DNA from: Spirochaetia bacterium
Lineage (GTDB): Bacteria > Spirochaetota > Spirochaetia > DSM-2461
Assembly (NCBI GenBank): GCA_963668315.1
Contig: OY764216.1
Span: forward strand, 2,624,001-2,688,000
Direction of reading: 5' to 3'
Length of the DNA stretch: 64,000 nt
Of this stretch, positions 46,065-60,270 are shown piece after piece. Made by a program: the position numbers and the translations under genes. Under the pieces are notes generated by a model, which saw nothing but the letters and a program-made list of their open reading frames with translations, was not told where the DNA came from and ran no database searches. Positions within the stretch are counted from its first letter, which is position 1. Each line of letters begins with the position of its first letter.

Positions 46065-47225
46065 TTATTCCCTGGTTCTGATTGTCAGAACGCGATTTTC
46101 AAAGGCGGCGCGTGTTGGGAATTCGGTGTAATGCCTGGGCTGATCGGTACTGATCTCCGGGTCCCAGATGAGAAAATCCCCCGAATCATCCAGCTCCGGA
46201 TTCAGATACCTCACATGTTCTCCCAGGACCATTCCCCTTTCATTGATTTTGGGGCCCCAGCGGGTCGGATGTCCTATAACCCAGATGATCGCTCCCAGAA
46301 AGGATTCGTCATGGAGGCACAGGTCTTTCAGTTCCCCATCGCTCAGAATCTCCTCCCTGATCTCGTAAAGGTCATCCTTGCCGTTAAGGGAGAGCCAGTA
46401 CTCCAAGCTATCCTTGACTACCGGGGGATGGGCACCATAATTATCCCACAATATCTCCCCGTCCTTTCCCCTGCGTCCCTGGTCTATATTCGTGCAGACG
46501 AAGGTCGTCTCCGGATCAAAACCCTTCGGCATCCGGTCCAGGATTGTATCCTCATCCTCTTCAATGTCCGCCATAGCGAGGAAAAGGCGGATCAGGGCGG
46601 CTTCGCAGCTTAGGACATGCTGTTGATAATAGCTCTGGTGGTTATGTGTAAGCCAGTCTGCGGCATCTTTTTTTTCCGTTATCGGAGGATGGGGCAGCCA
46701 CTCCTCCCCCGGGGTGATCCCGTAAATGTGGAGGATCGATCCGGAAGGGACGTTCTCGTAAAACCATTGTGCATCCTCCACGGACAATCGTATGCAGCCA
46801 TGGGAGGACGGTCTGCCCAGAAGTGTTTCCTGTTCGTGAATGACCACCCGATCTTCTGTCATGGGAACGGAGTGGAAAAGATAAATACCCCCGATGAACC
46901 CTACCCAGTATTCCGCCCCTTCATGAAATGTCTTTGAGAAAAACCATTCACCCCGTTTCTTTCCGCTTTTATCAATTATAAACCGGCCGGTGGGCGTGGC
47001 ATTGTCAGCCGTTGGGATTCCCGAGGAGCAGACCATGGTTCTGATCATTTCTCCTTCTTTGTAGACGAAAACCCGCTGTTGTGACAAATCAACGGTGACC
47101 ACGTATTCCGTTTCCGCAAGGTTAAAAGGTGAAATGATTTTTACATCCCGATTTGACTGGCCTGTGAGAGCGGCGTATACAAAAAGAGTGAGTAGTAAGC
47201 CTGTTAGTCGTTTTATTGCTGTCAT
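46065..47225 (-). CDS. L,D-transpeptidase (YkuD) fused to a C39-like cysteine peptidase domain
   Basis: YkuD motifs TPTGRF, FHS and SHGCIRL; C-terminal QQHVLSCEAA...GEH...WDP. Confidence 0.8.
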   Translation of the reverse strand: MTAIKRLTGLLLTLFVYAALTGQSNRDVKIISPFNLAETEYVVTVDLSQQRVFVYKEGEMIRTMVCSSGIPTADNATPTGRFIIDKSGKKRGEWFFSKTFHEGAEYWVGFIGGIYLFHSVPMTEDRVVIHEQETLLGRPSSHGCIRLSVEDAQWFYENVPSGSILHIYGITPGEEWLPHPPITEKKDAADWLTHNHQSYYQQHVLSCEAALIRLFLAMADIEEDEDTILDRMPKGFDPETTFVCTNIDQGRRGKDGEILWDNYGAHPPVVKDSLEYWLSLNGKDDLYEIREEILSDGELKDLCLHDESFLGAIIWVIGHPTRWGPKINERGMVLGEHVRYLNPELDDSGDFLIWDPEISTDQPRHYTEFPTRAAFENRVLTIRTRE

Positions 47226-47421
47226 TTCTACAAAAGTATTTCAAAGTAAAGGATATTAGTCAATACTAATAATGTCTGCAAAAAATAGATTAAAATAAAA
47301 AGTTTTTTAGAAAAATTTGAAAACAGGAGTGTAATATCTTAGGCTTTTGTGGGGACATTTCAAAAATGAGTACTAAAAAACATCTCAATATCGTTTATAT
47401 ACAGACAATTAAGGTAGGTAA

Positions 47422-52024
<4,603 letters not shown>

Positions 52025-52088
52025 TATGGCTTATTGAAAGGAGACCTGACCCGGGTTCGCGGGATTTACCGTCCCCGGGGGAAAAATT

Positions 52089-52505
52089 ATGAAAAGAGTT
52101 CTGCTTCTGGCTGCCGGAAATATCTCCCTCTCTCTGGGAATTGTAGGGGTTTTTCTCCCCGTTTTGCCTACTACCCCCTTTCTTCTTCTATCAGCGGCCT
52201 GCTACGTGAAGAGCTCGGAGAGACTCTACAACTGGCTGATTCATCATCCCGTTCTGGGACTCTACATACGCTCCTACATCCTTTACAGGGCGATAACGGT
52301 CAGGGCCAAGATCATCTCTATCGCAGCTCTCTGGATTGTTATCGCCTCGTCGGTTTTTTTCTTTGTCAGCCTGCTCTGGCTGCGTATCCTGCTGGCGGTT
52401 ATTGCCCTGGGGGTCACGGTTTACCTGGTTAGTATAAAGACGCTGACGAAGGATATGATGGCAGCGGACGGGGAAAGTGATCACACCGTCCCCGGAAATG
52501 TATAA
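52089..52505 (+). CDS. YbaN/DUF454 family membrane protein
   Basis: Motif GVFLPVLPTTPFLLL...SSER. Confidence 0.9.
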   Translation: MKRVLLLAAGNISLSLGIVGVFLPVLPTTPFLLLSAACYVKSSERLYNWLIHHPVLGLYIRSYILYRAITVRAKIISIAALWIVIASSVFFFVSLLWLRILLAVIALGVTVYLVSIKTLTKDMMAADGESDHTVPGNV

Positions 52506-52533
52506 GGGAGTAGCTGTGATTATCTGGTGATGT

Positions 52534-53310
52534 ATGGAAACAAAAAAGTCGAACCAAGGCAAAAAAATCATATTTGTATACCCTCCGGAAGTGGTAAAGC
52601 AGCAACTGATGGTTGTTCTTTCGGAGAATGAATTCGAAGTCTACTCCCTGAGGGACCAGAAGAAGGTCAGGCAGATAGCCTCCGCCTACGGGGAGAGTAT
52701 CTTCTTTCTGAATCTTGACGACGGTCTGAAGGAAGATATGTGGGAGCAGTTCATTCAGAAAATCAAACTGGAGATTGCCGACCTCCAGTTAGGGCTCTTG
52801 TCCTTTAATGTATCGAGCCCGGAACAGATCCAGCATTACGTTCTTGATTATGGGGTGAACTGCGGATTTATTCAGCTTAAGCAGGGGGCTAAGGCGGCGG
52901 AGGAGATGCTGCTTAAGACTCTGCAGGTCAATGAAGCCAAGGGGCGGCGTAAGTATGTCCGGTACTCTTGCAGAGAATCGGATCAGGTTTCCCTGAACTT
53001 CAAAGTGGGAGATAGCTTCATAAAGGGGGCTATCGAGGACATCAGTTCCGTGGGGATGGCCTGCCGGATCCTGTCGCCCCAGGTTTCCCTGGTTAAAAAC
53101 CAGATGGTGCCGGATATCCAGCTGAAGCTGCGGGGGACTCTCATTCATACGGGCGGAGTTGTTCTGGGGCAGAGAAATATGCCTGATGGGACTCTCAAAT
53201 TCGTTATTCTCTTTACGGATGACAAGCTGCATAAGTCAAAAAATCAAATCCGATCCTTTATACATTTTTCCCTTCAGAAAAAATTTAATGAGGAATTCAA
53301 ATTGGATTGA
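52534..53310 (+). CDS. PilZ-domain (c-di-GMP binding) protein, spirochaete type
   Basis: RRKYVR (RxxxR) and DISSVG (DxSxxG) motifs. Confidence 0.85.
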   Translation: METKKSNQGKKIIFVYPPEVVKQQLMVVLSENEFEVYSLRDQKKVRQIASAYGESIFFLNLDDGLKEDMWEQFIQKIKLEIADLQLGLLSFNVSSPEQIQHYVLDYGVNCGFIQLKQGAKAAEEMLLKTLQVNEAKGRRKYVRYSCRESDQVSLNFKVGDSFIKGAIEDISSVGMACRILSPQVSLVKNQMVPDIQLKLRGTLIHTGGVVLGQRNMPDGTLKFVILFTDDKLHKSKNQIRSFIHFSLQKKFNEEFKLD

Positions 53311-53438
53311 CAGAGGGAAAACTGGATGTTTTATAGTCTGTCTTATTGATAGTAAATTATTATATAAAAAAATAAGACAAAATAATTTGCATATGCTCAT
53401 TTTCCCTTTATAATGTAAAAAAAGGGGATAAATAAATT

Positions 53439-54113
53439 ATGAGTAAATTTGTCTGTTCTATCTGCGGCTTCATATATGATGAGGCCGGCGGTTATCCCGA
53501 CGGTAATATTCCGCCGGGTACGCTCTGGCCTGATGTTCCATCTTCCTTTGTCTGCCCCTTGTGCGGCGCCTCCAAAGCGGAATTTCATGAAAGGGAGGAA
53601 GCTTCTTCCTCTCCGGCTGCTCCGGTTGATCCGGGAAGTCCCGTCGCTCTGCCGGAAGATCTCAGCTACACATCGACTGAACTGTCCGCTATATTCTCCA
53701 ATCTGGCAAAGGGCTGCGAAAAACAGTACGATCCGGAAACGGCGGAACTTTACAATCAGCTGTCATCCTATTACGGCGGAAAGTCGGAATACGGGGGAAA
53801 GGCAGATTTCGAAAGTATGAAGACTCTTCTTCAGAAGGATCTGGATACCAGCTTTTCTATTGCCAATGGGATAGCCGGCAAGAGTCATGACCGGGGATCT
53901 CTCCGTGCCCTGAAGTGGGCCGAACAGGTTTCCAAAATGATCAAGTCGCACCTGGGCCGGCTTGAATCGGGTACTCCTTCCTATATCGAAAATACCAATG
54001 TGTATGTCTGCGAGATCTGCGGGTTCCTTTTCGTAGGCGATGAAAAACCGGAAATCTGTCCGGTCTGCAAGGTTCCCAGTATGAAAATGACGCAGATAAG
54101 GAGGGGGGCCTAG
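53439..54113 (+). CDS. Rubredoxin + helical domain + rubredoxin-like protein
   Basis: CSICGFIY...CPLCG at the N-terminus; CEICG...CPVCK at the C-terminus. Confidence 0.88.
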   Translation: MSKFVCSICGFIYDEAGGYPDGNIPPGTLWPDVPSSFVCPLCGASKAEFHEREEASSSPAAPVDPGSPVALPEDLSYTSTELSAIFSNLAKGCEKQYDPETAELYNQLSSYYGGKSEYGGKADFESMKTLLQKDLDTSFSIANGIAGKSHDRGSLRALKWAEQVSKMIKSHLGRLESGTPSYIENTNVYVCEICGFLFVGDEKPEICPVCKVPSMKMTQIRRGA

Positions 54114-54114
54114 T

Positions 54115-55290
54115 ATGCATGCCGTAAGAAATATCCGATTATGTACGAAAGACTGTCTTTGTCTCTACGTCTGTCCCACCGGAGCCACCGATACGGAAAC
54201 CGGTCAGATTGATCCTGATACCTGCATCAGTGGCTGCCGCCTGTGCGTCGATGCCTGTCCTTCCCACGCCATTTCTCTGGTACCGGAGGAATTCCCCGAG
54301 CAGCAGAAGAAATCGGAAGATGTTAAAAAAGCTCTGGGTATTCTGTCCAAAAGCAAAACAGAGCAGGAAAATTTGGCCCGGGAAATAGGAAAGGCATCCG
54401 AAGATCCCCTGGTCAAACAGTTCTCGAAGGCTCTGGCCCTGTCCAACCGTGTCATGGCGGAGGACCTTTTGCGTGAAGCGGGATTCATGCTGCCCCAGAG
54501 CGGTGAAGCTCTGAATCTGATTAAAAAGCTGTCCGCTTCTGATAGCTCGGAATCTTTTCCGAGGGAAGCGGCAGAGAAGTTAATAGGGAAATTAAGCAAG
54601 AATAATGGGGAGAAGGAGAAGAAGGGAATGAAAAGATACAAATGTACAGTCTGCGGATACATCCATGAGGGAGAACTGACGGAGGACTTCAAATGTCCCA
54701 AGTGCGGCCAGCCCGCATCGGTCTTCGAACTGATTGGGGAGAATGAACCAGCTGTCAATAAATACAAGGGTACCAAAACAGAACAGAACCTGATGGAAGC
54801 CTTTGCCGGAGAGAGCCAGGCCCGTAACAAGTACACCTATTTTGCGGATATCGCTAAGAAAGAAGGGTATGATCAGTTGTCGGAAATCTTTCTGAAAACA
54901 GCTGGAAACGAGATGTATCATGCCCGGATCTGGTTTGAAGAACTGGGTAATCTGGGAAAGACGGCTGAGAACCTGCTTCATGCGGCGGAAGGCGAGAATT
55001 ACGAATGGACCGATATGTACGCCGGTTTTGCGAAAGACGCCGAGGAAGAGGGATTTCCCGAACTGGCAGCAAGATTCCGGCGGGTCGCCGCGGTAGAGAA
55101 GGCCCATGAAGAGCGCTACCGGGCTCTCCTTAAGAATGTGGAGATGCAGCAGGTTTTTGAGAAAGGGGAAGAAACCATGTGGGAATGCCGGATCTGCGGT
55201 CACCTTGTCATGGGGAAGAAAGCCCCTGAAGTCTGTCCCATCTGCAAGTATTCCCAGAGCTATTTCGAAGTGAGAAAAGAGAACTACTGA
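54115..55290 (+). CDS. 4Fe-4S ferredoxin - rubredoxin - rubrerythrin fusion
   Basis: [12 protein letters not shown] and [42 protein letters not shown] and CRICG..CPIC. Confidence 0.9.
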   Translation: MHAVRNIRLCTKDCLCLYVCPTGATDTETGQIDPDTCISGCRLCVDACPSHAISLVPEEFPEQQKKSEDVKKALGILSKSKTEQENLAREIGKASEDPLVKQFSKALALSNRVMAEDLLREAGFMLPQSGEALNLIKKLSASDSSESFPREAAEKLIGKLSKNNGEKEKKGMKRYKCTVCGYIHEGELTEDFKCPKCGQPASVFELIGENEPAVNKYKGTKTEQNLMEAFAGESQARNKYTYFADIAKKEGYDQLSEIFLKTAGNEMYHARIWFEELGNLGKTAENLLHAAEGENYEWTDMYAGFAKDAEEEGFPELAARFRRVAAVEKAHEERYRALLKNVEMQQVFEKGEETMWECRICGHLVMGKKAPEVCPICKYSQSYFEVRKENY

Positions 55291-55302
55291 TTTCGCTGCT
55301 GT

Positions 55303-55336
55303 CAGAGGCTGACTTGTATATCCTTTCAGCCTCTGC
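55303..55336. terminator. Stem-loop between convergent rubrerythrin and zupT genes
   Basis: CAGAGGCTGA ... TCAGCCTCTG. Confidence 0.5.
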
Positions 55337-55341
55337 GGTAT

Positions 55342-56160
55342 TCAGGCGAAAAGCAGCAGACTCACTGCCATCACAGCCATACCGGCGATAAGCCCCCCTA
55401 TGGCGACATGATGCTCGCCGTACTCTTCCGCCGTGGGGAGAAGTTCATCCAGGGATATATAGACCATGATCCCCGCCACTCCGGCGAAAATGAGCCCGAA
55501 GGTGGTCTCATTGAAAACGGAACGCAGGATAAAATACCCCAGGAGGGCTCCGACCGGTTCGGCCAGTCCCGAGAGAAAAGAAAGCCAGAACGCCTTTCTG
55601 CGGCTTTTCGTCGCGTAATGGATGGGCACGGAAACGGCGATTCCTTCGGGTATGTTGTGTATGGCAATGGCCACGGCAATGCTGATACCCATTGTGGGAT
55701 CGGTCAATCCTCCCATAAATGTGGCGAGCCCTTCGGGGAAATTATGAATGCCGATGGCCAGAGCGGAAAACAGTCCCATCCTCATCAGGCGCTGATCTGT
55801 CTTTTGGGAAACAGGCGTATTTTCATCTTCCAGATCTATGTTGCTGATTTCGTGGGGATTCTCGTATTCGGGTATCAATTTATCAATCAGGGCGATAATG
55901 GCAATGCCCGCAAAGAAAGCTACGGTTGTTAAAACATATCCTTTCTTTTCTCCCAGAACGTCCCCCAGGGAATCCTTTGCTTTGACAAATATCTCGATCA
56001 TGGAGACATAAATCATCACGCCAGCCGAAAATCCTAAAGCTCCGGCCAGAAATTTAGGGTTGAATTTCTTTGATAGAAAAGACATGAGACTTCCCACTCC
56101 CGTGGCAAGGCCAGCGAAGAGGGTAAGCCCAAGGGCAAACCAGAAACTACTTGATTCCAT
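55342..56160 (-). CDS. zupT: ZIP family divalent metal transporter
   Basis: Motifs SAGVMIYVS, IHNFPEG, IHNIPEG and DELLP. Confidence 0.93.
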   Translation of the reverse strand: MESSSFWFALGLTLFAGLATGVGSLMSFLSKKFNPKFLAGALGFSAGVMIYVSMIEIFVKAKDSLGDVLGEKKGYVLTTVAFFAGIAIIALIDKLIPEYENPHEISNIDLEDENTPVSQKTDQRLMRMGLFSALAIGIHNFPEGLATFMGGLTDPTMGISIAVAIAIHNIPEGIAVSVPIHYATKSRRKAFWLSFLSGLAEPVGALLGYFILRSVFNETTFGLIFAGVAGIMVYISLDELLPTAEEYGEHHVAIGGLIAGMAVMAVSLLLFA

Positions 56161-56345
56161 AAATATCTCCCTATATAGAATAATACAACAACTATAATAG
56201 GATAAAGAGATCTTTTCAATTCATTTTACTTAGGATGCTCATTGGGGTGGCGGGAGTAGATATAAACGGATACGGAGGATCTCAAGGGGCTATTCATCTG
56301 ATATGGGGATCATCTCAACATATAATTTATTGCAATGAATACTTT

Positions 56346-57236
56346 GTAAACATCCTCATGAACAGTTTCTACGGCGTCATGGGCACCACGGGGTGCCGCT
56401 TTTACCACGAAGACCTGCCCACGGCCATCACCGGGACGGGGCAGTGGATACTCAAGGAGAGCACAGCCTATCTGAAAGACCGAGGCTTTGCGGTGATCTA
56501 CGGCGATACGGACTCCCTATTTGTCTGCCTGTCCGAAAATCCGGCTGTTTCCCACGAGGAGGAAGCGGCCCGACTGACCGCCGATGTGAATAGCTGGTGG
56601 GCCGACCGGCTACAAAAGGAATTCACCCTGGAATCCCACCTGGAACTGGAGTGGGAGAAACTCTACCGCCATTTTCTCATTCCCCCCATTCGGGGCAGCA
56701 AGGAGGGGGCCACGAAACGCTATGCCGGGTTGAAAACAAACGGAGAGATAGAGTTGAAGGGGCTGGAGTTTGTTCGAAGTGACTGGACCGCACTGGCCAA
56801 GAGATTTCAGTTTGAACTGTTCGAACGGGTTTTTCGTCTTTTGGACAGAGAGAAGAAGGGAGCCGGGGAGGAGCCGCGTCACGAGCTTAAAGAGTGGATC
56901 CGCCGGTTTACCGATGATTTGAAAGAGGGCCGGTATGACGGGGAGCTGGTCTATAAAAAGCGGCTTACCAAGAGCGCCGAGGGGTATACTAAAAGTACCC
57001 CGCCCCATGTCAAAGCGGTCCGCCTGCTGGACGAAGCGGGCATCGCCCACGGCCGTGACGTGGAGTACTATATGACGCCCTCCGGCCCCGTGCCGGTCCA
57101 GCTCAGGCCTGAAGAGCTGGATTACAATCACTATCTGGATAAACAGATCCGCCCCCTGGCCGACGGTGTCCTGTTCGCTCTGGAACTGACCTTCGACGGG
57201 ATTATCCAGGGGGAGCAGCTGGATCTGTTCGGGTAG
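56346..57236 (+). pseudogene. polB: 5'-truncated second copy of polB (motif B to C-terminus); reading frame intact
   Basis: Homology to polB starts abruptly at GTAAACATCCTCATGAACAG. About 54 substitutions in about 293 aa by hand count. Lacks the exonuclease domain and motif A. Confidence 0.85.
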
Positions 57237-58535
57237 CTATTTCAGGAAAATCTCCACTACGGGAACGGTCACAGGCGGTTTGATAACGGGCAGTTCCAGA
57301 ACTACCGAACCGGCTTTCTGTCTGACTCCGATATAACTGGCCGCTTCTTCACTCTCTTTTGCTTCGGTGAACTGTACTTCTGAGGCATCATTAAGAAGCT
57401 GGGCATATTCGATTTTTCCCACCATATCGTCCAGGTGGATATGACGGAAGGGCCAATTGAAGATATGCAGATAGAGCCTTTTCCCCTTCTGGGTATACCG
57501 GCAGTCGGCGGGGGGGGTGAACTCGCTCTGGGTACAGCCGTAGATGGCCCTGCCGTGGCGCTTGAGCCATTCCCCGTATACCTTCAGCGCTTCCAGGGCG
57601 CGGTAATCGAATTCCCCCCGGGCCGTGGGTCCTACGTTCATCAGCAGATTGCCTCCGCATGCCACGGAATTGACGAGCATCTGGATGAGCTGTTCGGGGC
57701 TTTTCCAGCTGGTTTCGTCCCGGTAATACCCCCATGAGCCTGAAAAGGTCTGGCAGGTTTCCCAGACTACCGGTTCCCCGTCCACTTTCACCCATTCCTG
57801 GGGCTGGTACTGTTCGGGAGTCTGCAGATCGCCGCCCATCTCCAGGCGGTCGTTCAGGATAATCTCGGGCTGAAGTTCCCTGATCATTTTAATCAGTTTC
57901 TCGCTCTGCCACTCCTCCTTGCCCTTTCCGGGGAATTTACCCAGGTCGGGGAAATTCTTCTTGTAGGAGAAATCGAACCAGAGGATGTCGATTTTGCCGA
58001 AGTTGGTCAGCAGCTCCCTGACCTGGCCGTGGAGGTATTCGGTATACTTCTCGATTTTCTTTGTTTTATTTTTCTCTTCCGCCTCCGGATCATTCCTCAG
58101 GGGATGAAGGGAGTCGATGGGAAAGTCCTCGTGATGCCAGTCCAGGAGGGAGTGGTAGAATCCTACTTTCAATCCCTCTTCCCGGAAGGCGTTGACCATG
58201 GGAGTGAGAAGATCCTTCCCTATGGGGGTATTGGGTGCTTTGTAATCGGTATAGGCCGAATCCCAGAGGCAGAAACCTTCATGGTGCTTGGTGGTGATCA
58301 CGAAATATTTCATGCCCGCCGCTTTGGCTGCCTTGGCCCAGGCTTTGGGATCGTAAAGGTCCGGTTCGAAGTGGTCAAAATACTTCTGGTAATCCTCAGT
58401 GGTGATCTCCTCTTTGTTCTTTATCCATTCGTGCCGGGCGGGAAGGGCATAAAGACCCCAGTGTATGAACATGCCGAAGCGGTCTTCAACAAACCATTTG
58501 GTATTTCCCTGCGTATCATTTTCCGGATGAAACAT
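57237..58535 (-). CDS. Alpha-L-fucosidase (GH29)
   Basis: Motifs FGMFIHWG, TTKHHEGF, LWFD, WETC and NLLMNVGP. Confidence 0.95.
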   Translation of the reverse strand: MFHPENDTQGNTKWFVEDRFGMFIHWGLYALPARHEWIKNKEEITTEDYQKYFDHFEPDLYDPKAWAKAAKAAGMKYFVITTKHHEGFCLWDSAYTDYKAPNTPIGKDLLTPMVNAFREEGLKVGFYHSLLDWHHEDFPIDSLHPLRNDPEAEEKNKTKKIEKYTEYLHGQVRELLTNFGKIDILWFDFSYKKNFPDLGKFPGKGKEEWQSEKLIKMIRELQPEIILNDRLEMGGDLQTPEQYQPQEWVKVDGEPVVWETCQTFSGSWGYYRDETSWKSPEQLIQMLVNSVACGGNLLMNVGPTARGEFDYRALEALKVYGEWLKRHGRAIYGCTQSEFTPPADCRYTQKGKRLYLHIFNWPFRHIHLDDMVGKIEYAQLLNDASEVQFTEAKESEEAASYIGVRQKAGSVVLELPVIKPPVTVPVVEIFLK

Positions 58536-58648
58536 GAATGCCTCCTGTATTATTCTTTGTTCCAGTATAAAGTCGGTGAGGGCATAAAAAAATGGAATGA
58601 AGAAAGATTCGTATTGTCTAAATCACAGAAAATAAATAAAATATACCG

Positions 58649-59485
58649 GTGAATTACCTCTCCTATCAGAATCTTATTCTGGATATATTCCTGGCAGGCC
58701 GGACAATTGTTACCGACCACTGGAAATCCTTCCGCTCCATTCACAGGGACGGTTATTCCCGCCTTTACCTCGTAAGGGACGGTCAGGGACAGATAAGGGT
58801 GGATGGACAGGAAATCATTCTGAAACCCGGAGATCTTGTGCTGATTCCCCGGGGACATCCGTTCCAGCTGGGAGAGGCGGAAGGAATGGACCATGTCTGG
58901 ATTCATTTTGACTGCAAAACAAAAGACGGGCTCCCCCTGTTCGATTTAATCACCCCTCCGCTCACACCCCGCCGTGCCGAAGATCGGGAAGCATTATACA
59001 TAACACAGATTTCTGAATTCTGGAACAGACCGGAGCATGGGGAATATCTCAATTGTCTTCCCCTGCTTAATCTTCTTCTCGTCCCCTATATAAGAGATTC
59101 CCGCTCCACCGTGCCCGTGGAGGACAGGCTCGGTGAAGGTCACTGGCTGTTTAATGTCCTTACCTATCTGAACGCCCATCTGGAGGAGGATATCCAAATT
59201 GCCGGTCTGGCCGGGGAACTGGGCTGCCATCCCACCTATCTTTCCAACGCGTTCAGTAAAAAATTCGGCTTGAGCCCCCGCAGTTATGTGGTCAAAAGGA
59301 GAATTGAGCAGTCCCAGCAGCTGCTCTGGCACAGCGATATCCCCGTGAAGGAGGTGGCGTCCCAGTGCGGCTTCGGCGATATTTACTATTTCTATCGCTG
59401 TTTCAAGAAACTCACCGGTCTGACGCCGGGAGAGTACAGAAAGGGAAGGGAACCCTATCAGTACGAGAAACTCATGTTCCGATGA
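58649..59485 (+). CDS. AraC family transcriptional regulator
   Basis: Cupin N-terminus; C-terminal VKEVASQCGFGDIYYFYRCFKK.TG.TP.EYR. Divergent from the fucosidase gene. Confidence 0.93.
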   Translation: MNYLSYQNLILDIFLAGRTIVTDHWKSFRSIHRDGYSRLYLVRDGQGQIRVDGQEIILKPGDLVLIPRGHPFQLGEAEGMDHVWIHFDCKTKDGLPLFDLITPPLTPRRAEDREALYITQISEFWNRPEHGEYLNCLPLLNLLLVPYIRDSRSTVPVEDRLGEGHWLFNVLTYLNAHLEEDIQIAGLAGELGCHPTYLSNAFSKKFGLSPRSYVVKRRIEQSQQLLWHSDIPVKEVASQCGFGDIYYFYRCFKKLTGLTPGEYRKGREPYQYEKLMFR

Positions 59486-60269
59486 GGGCTTTGCTGACAC
59501 CCTTCAAAAAGCCTTCCATAATACGGAATGACTGCTTTTCCAAATCCTCCGGATAATCTCCGGGGGTATGCATGGTGCGCCAGCTTTCGGGAAGTTTGCC
59601 CTCTTCAAGGCTGAATCTCTCCTTCCAGCGTATCAGCGAGACCTGCAGCGTCAGGAAGTCATGGGCGAGAAATCCCAGGTCGTCGGAATATTTCTCCACT
59701 GCGGGAAGGGCTTTTCCCCGGCTGTAGGCGGGAATCAGGTCGATGACGGGACGGAAGAGTTCCTTCTCCCGGAGGGTGGCCGATCCGGTAAGCTTTTCTC
59801 TGCCCGTCGAGTAGACCATGGTATCGCCGATCCCGCACATATCCAGAATAATCATGACCGTCTTATCCAGACCGTTGTTTTTGAAGAGACGGCCCAGGAG
59901 GTAGGAACCCTGGTCGGCAGGTTTTTTTTTCCTGTCCAGTTCTTCCCCGTCGGTCAGAAGAATCTGGCAGTTATGGGTATAGCGGGCATCTTCCAGATAG
60001 CGGCAGAGCCGGAGGAGCTGAATAACGGAAGCGCCGTTATCGTTGGCACCGGGAGAGCCGGGAACCCGGTCGTAATGGGCCACAAGCGTTTTCAGGTAGC
60101 CCCGCTTATCGTAGGATTTTTCCCCTCCGGGACGGATGAGGAAATGGCGGAGTTCTCCCGTTCTGATAATGGAAGCCTCGATCTTTTCCCTGTTGAACCA
60201 ACTTTCCAGAAAAAGATAGCGGTCGCAGCCGGGGCGGCAGAATGGGAACAGATCTTCGTCTTCGACCAT
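59472..60269 (-). CDS. M28 family metallopeptidase
   Basis: Motifs AHYD, GANDNGAS, DGEE, LDMCG and MHT..D. Confidence 0.85.
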   Translation of the reverse strand: MVEDEDLFPFCRPGCDRYLFLESWFNREKIEASIIRTGELRHFLIRPGGEKSYDKRGYLKTLVAHYDRVPGSPGANDNGASVIQLLRLCRYLEDARYTHNCQILLTDGEELDRKKKPADQGSYLLGRLFKNNGLDKTVMIILDMCGIGDTMVYSTGREKLTGSATLREKELFRPVIDLIPAYSRGKALPAVEKYSDDLGFLAHDFLTLQVSLIRWKERFSLEEGKLPESWRTMHTPGDYPEDLEKQSFRIMEGFLKGVSKALIGT

Positions 60270-60270
60270 A

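Noticed and set aside
56225..56330. Metal-sensing riboswitch (yybP-ykoY or NiCo) upstream of zupT
   Set aside because: The GGGAGTAG-like stretch is on the wrong strand for zupT and the other conserved elements are not recognisable.
56235..56345. N-terminal extension of the second polB ORF, or a split-intein junction
   Set aside because: The 37 extra codons are AT-rich zupT upstream sequence with no polymerase or intein motifs (no His-Asn before Cys/Ser/Thr).
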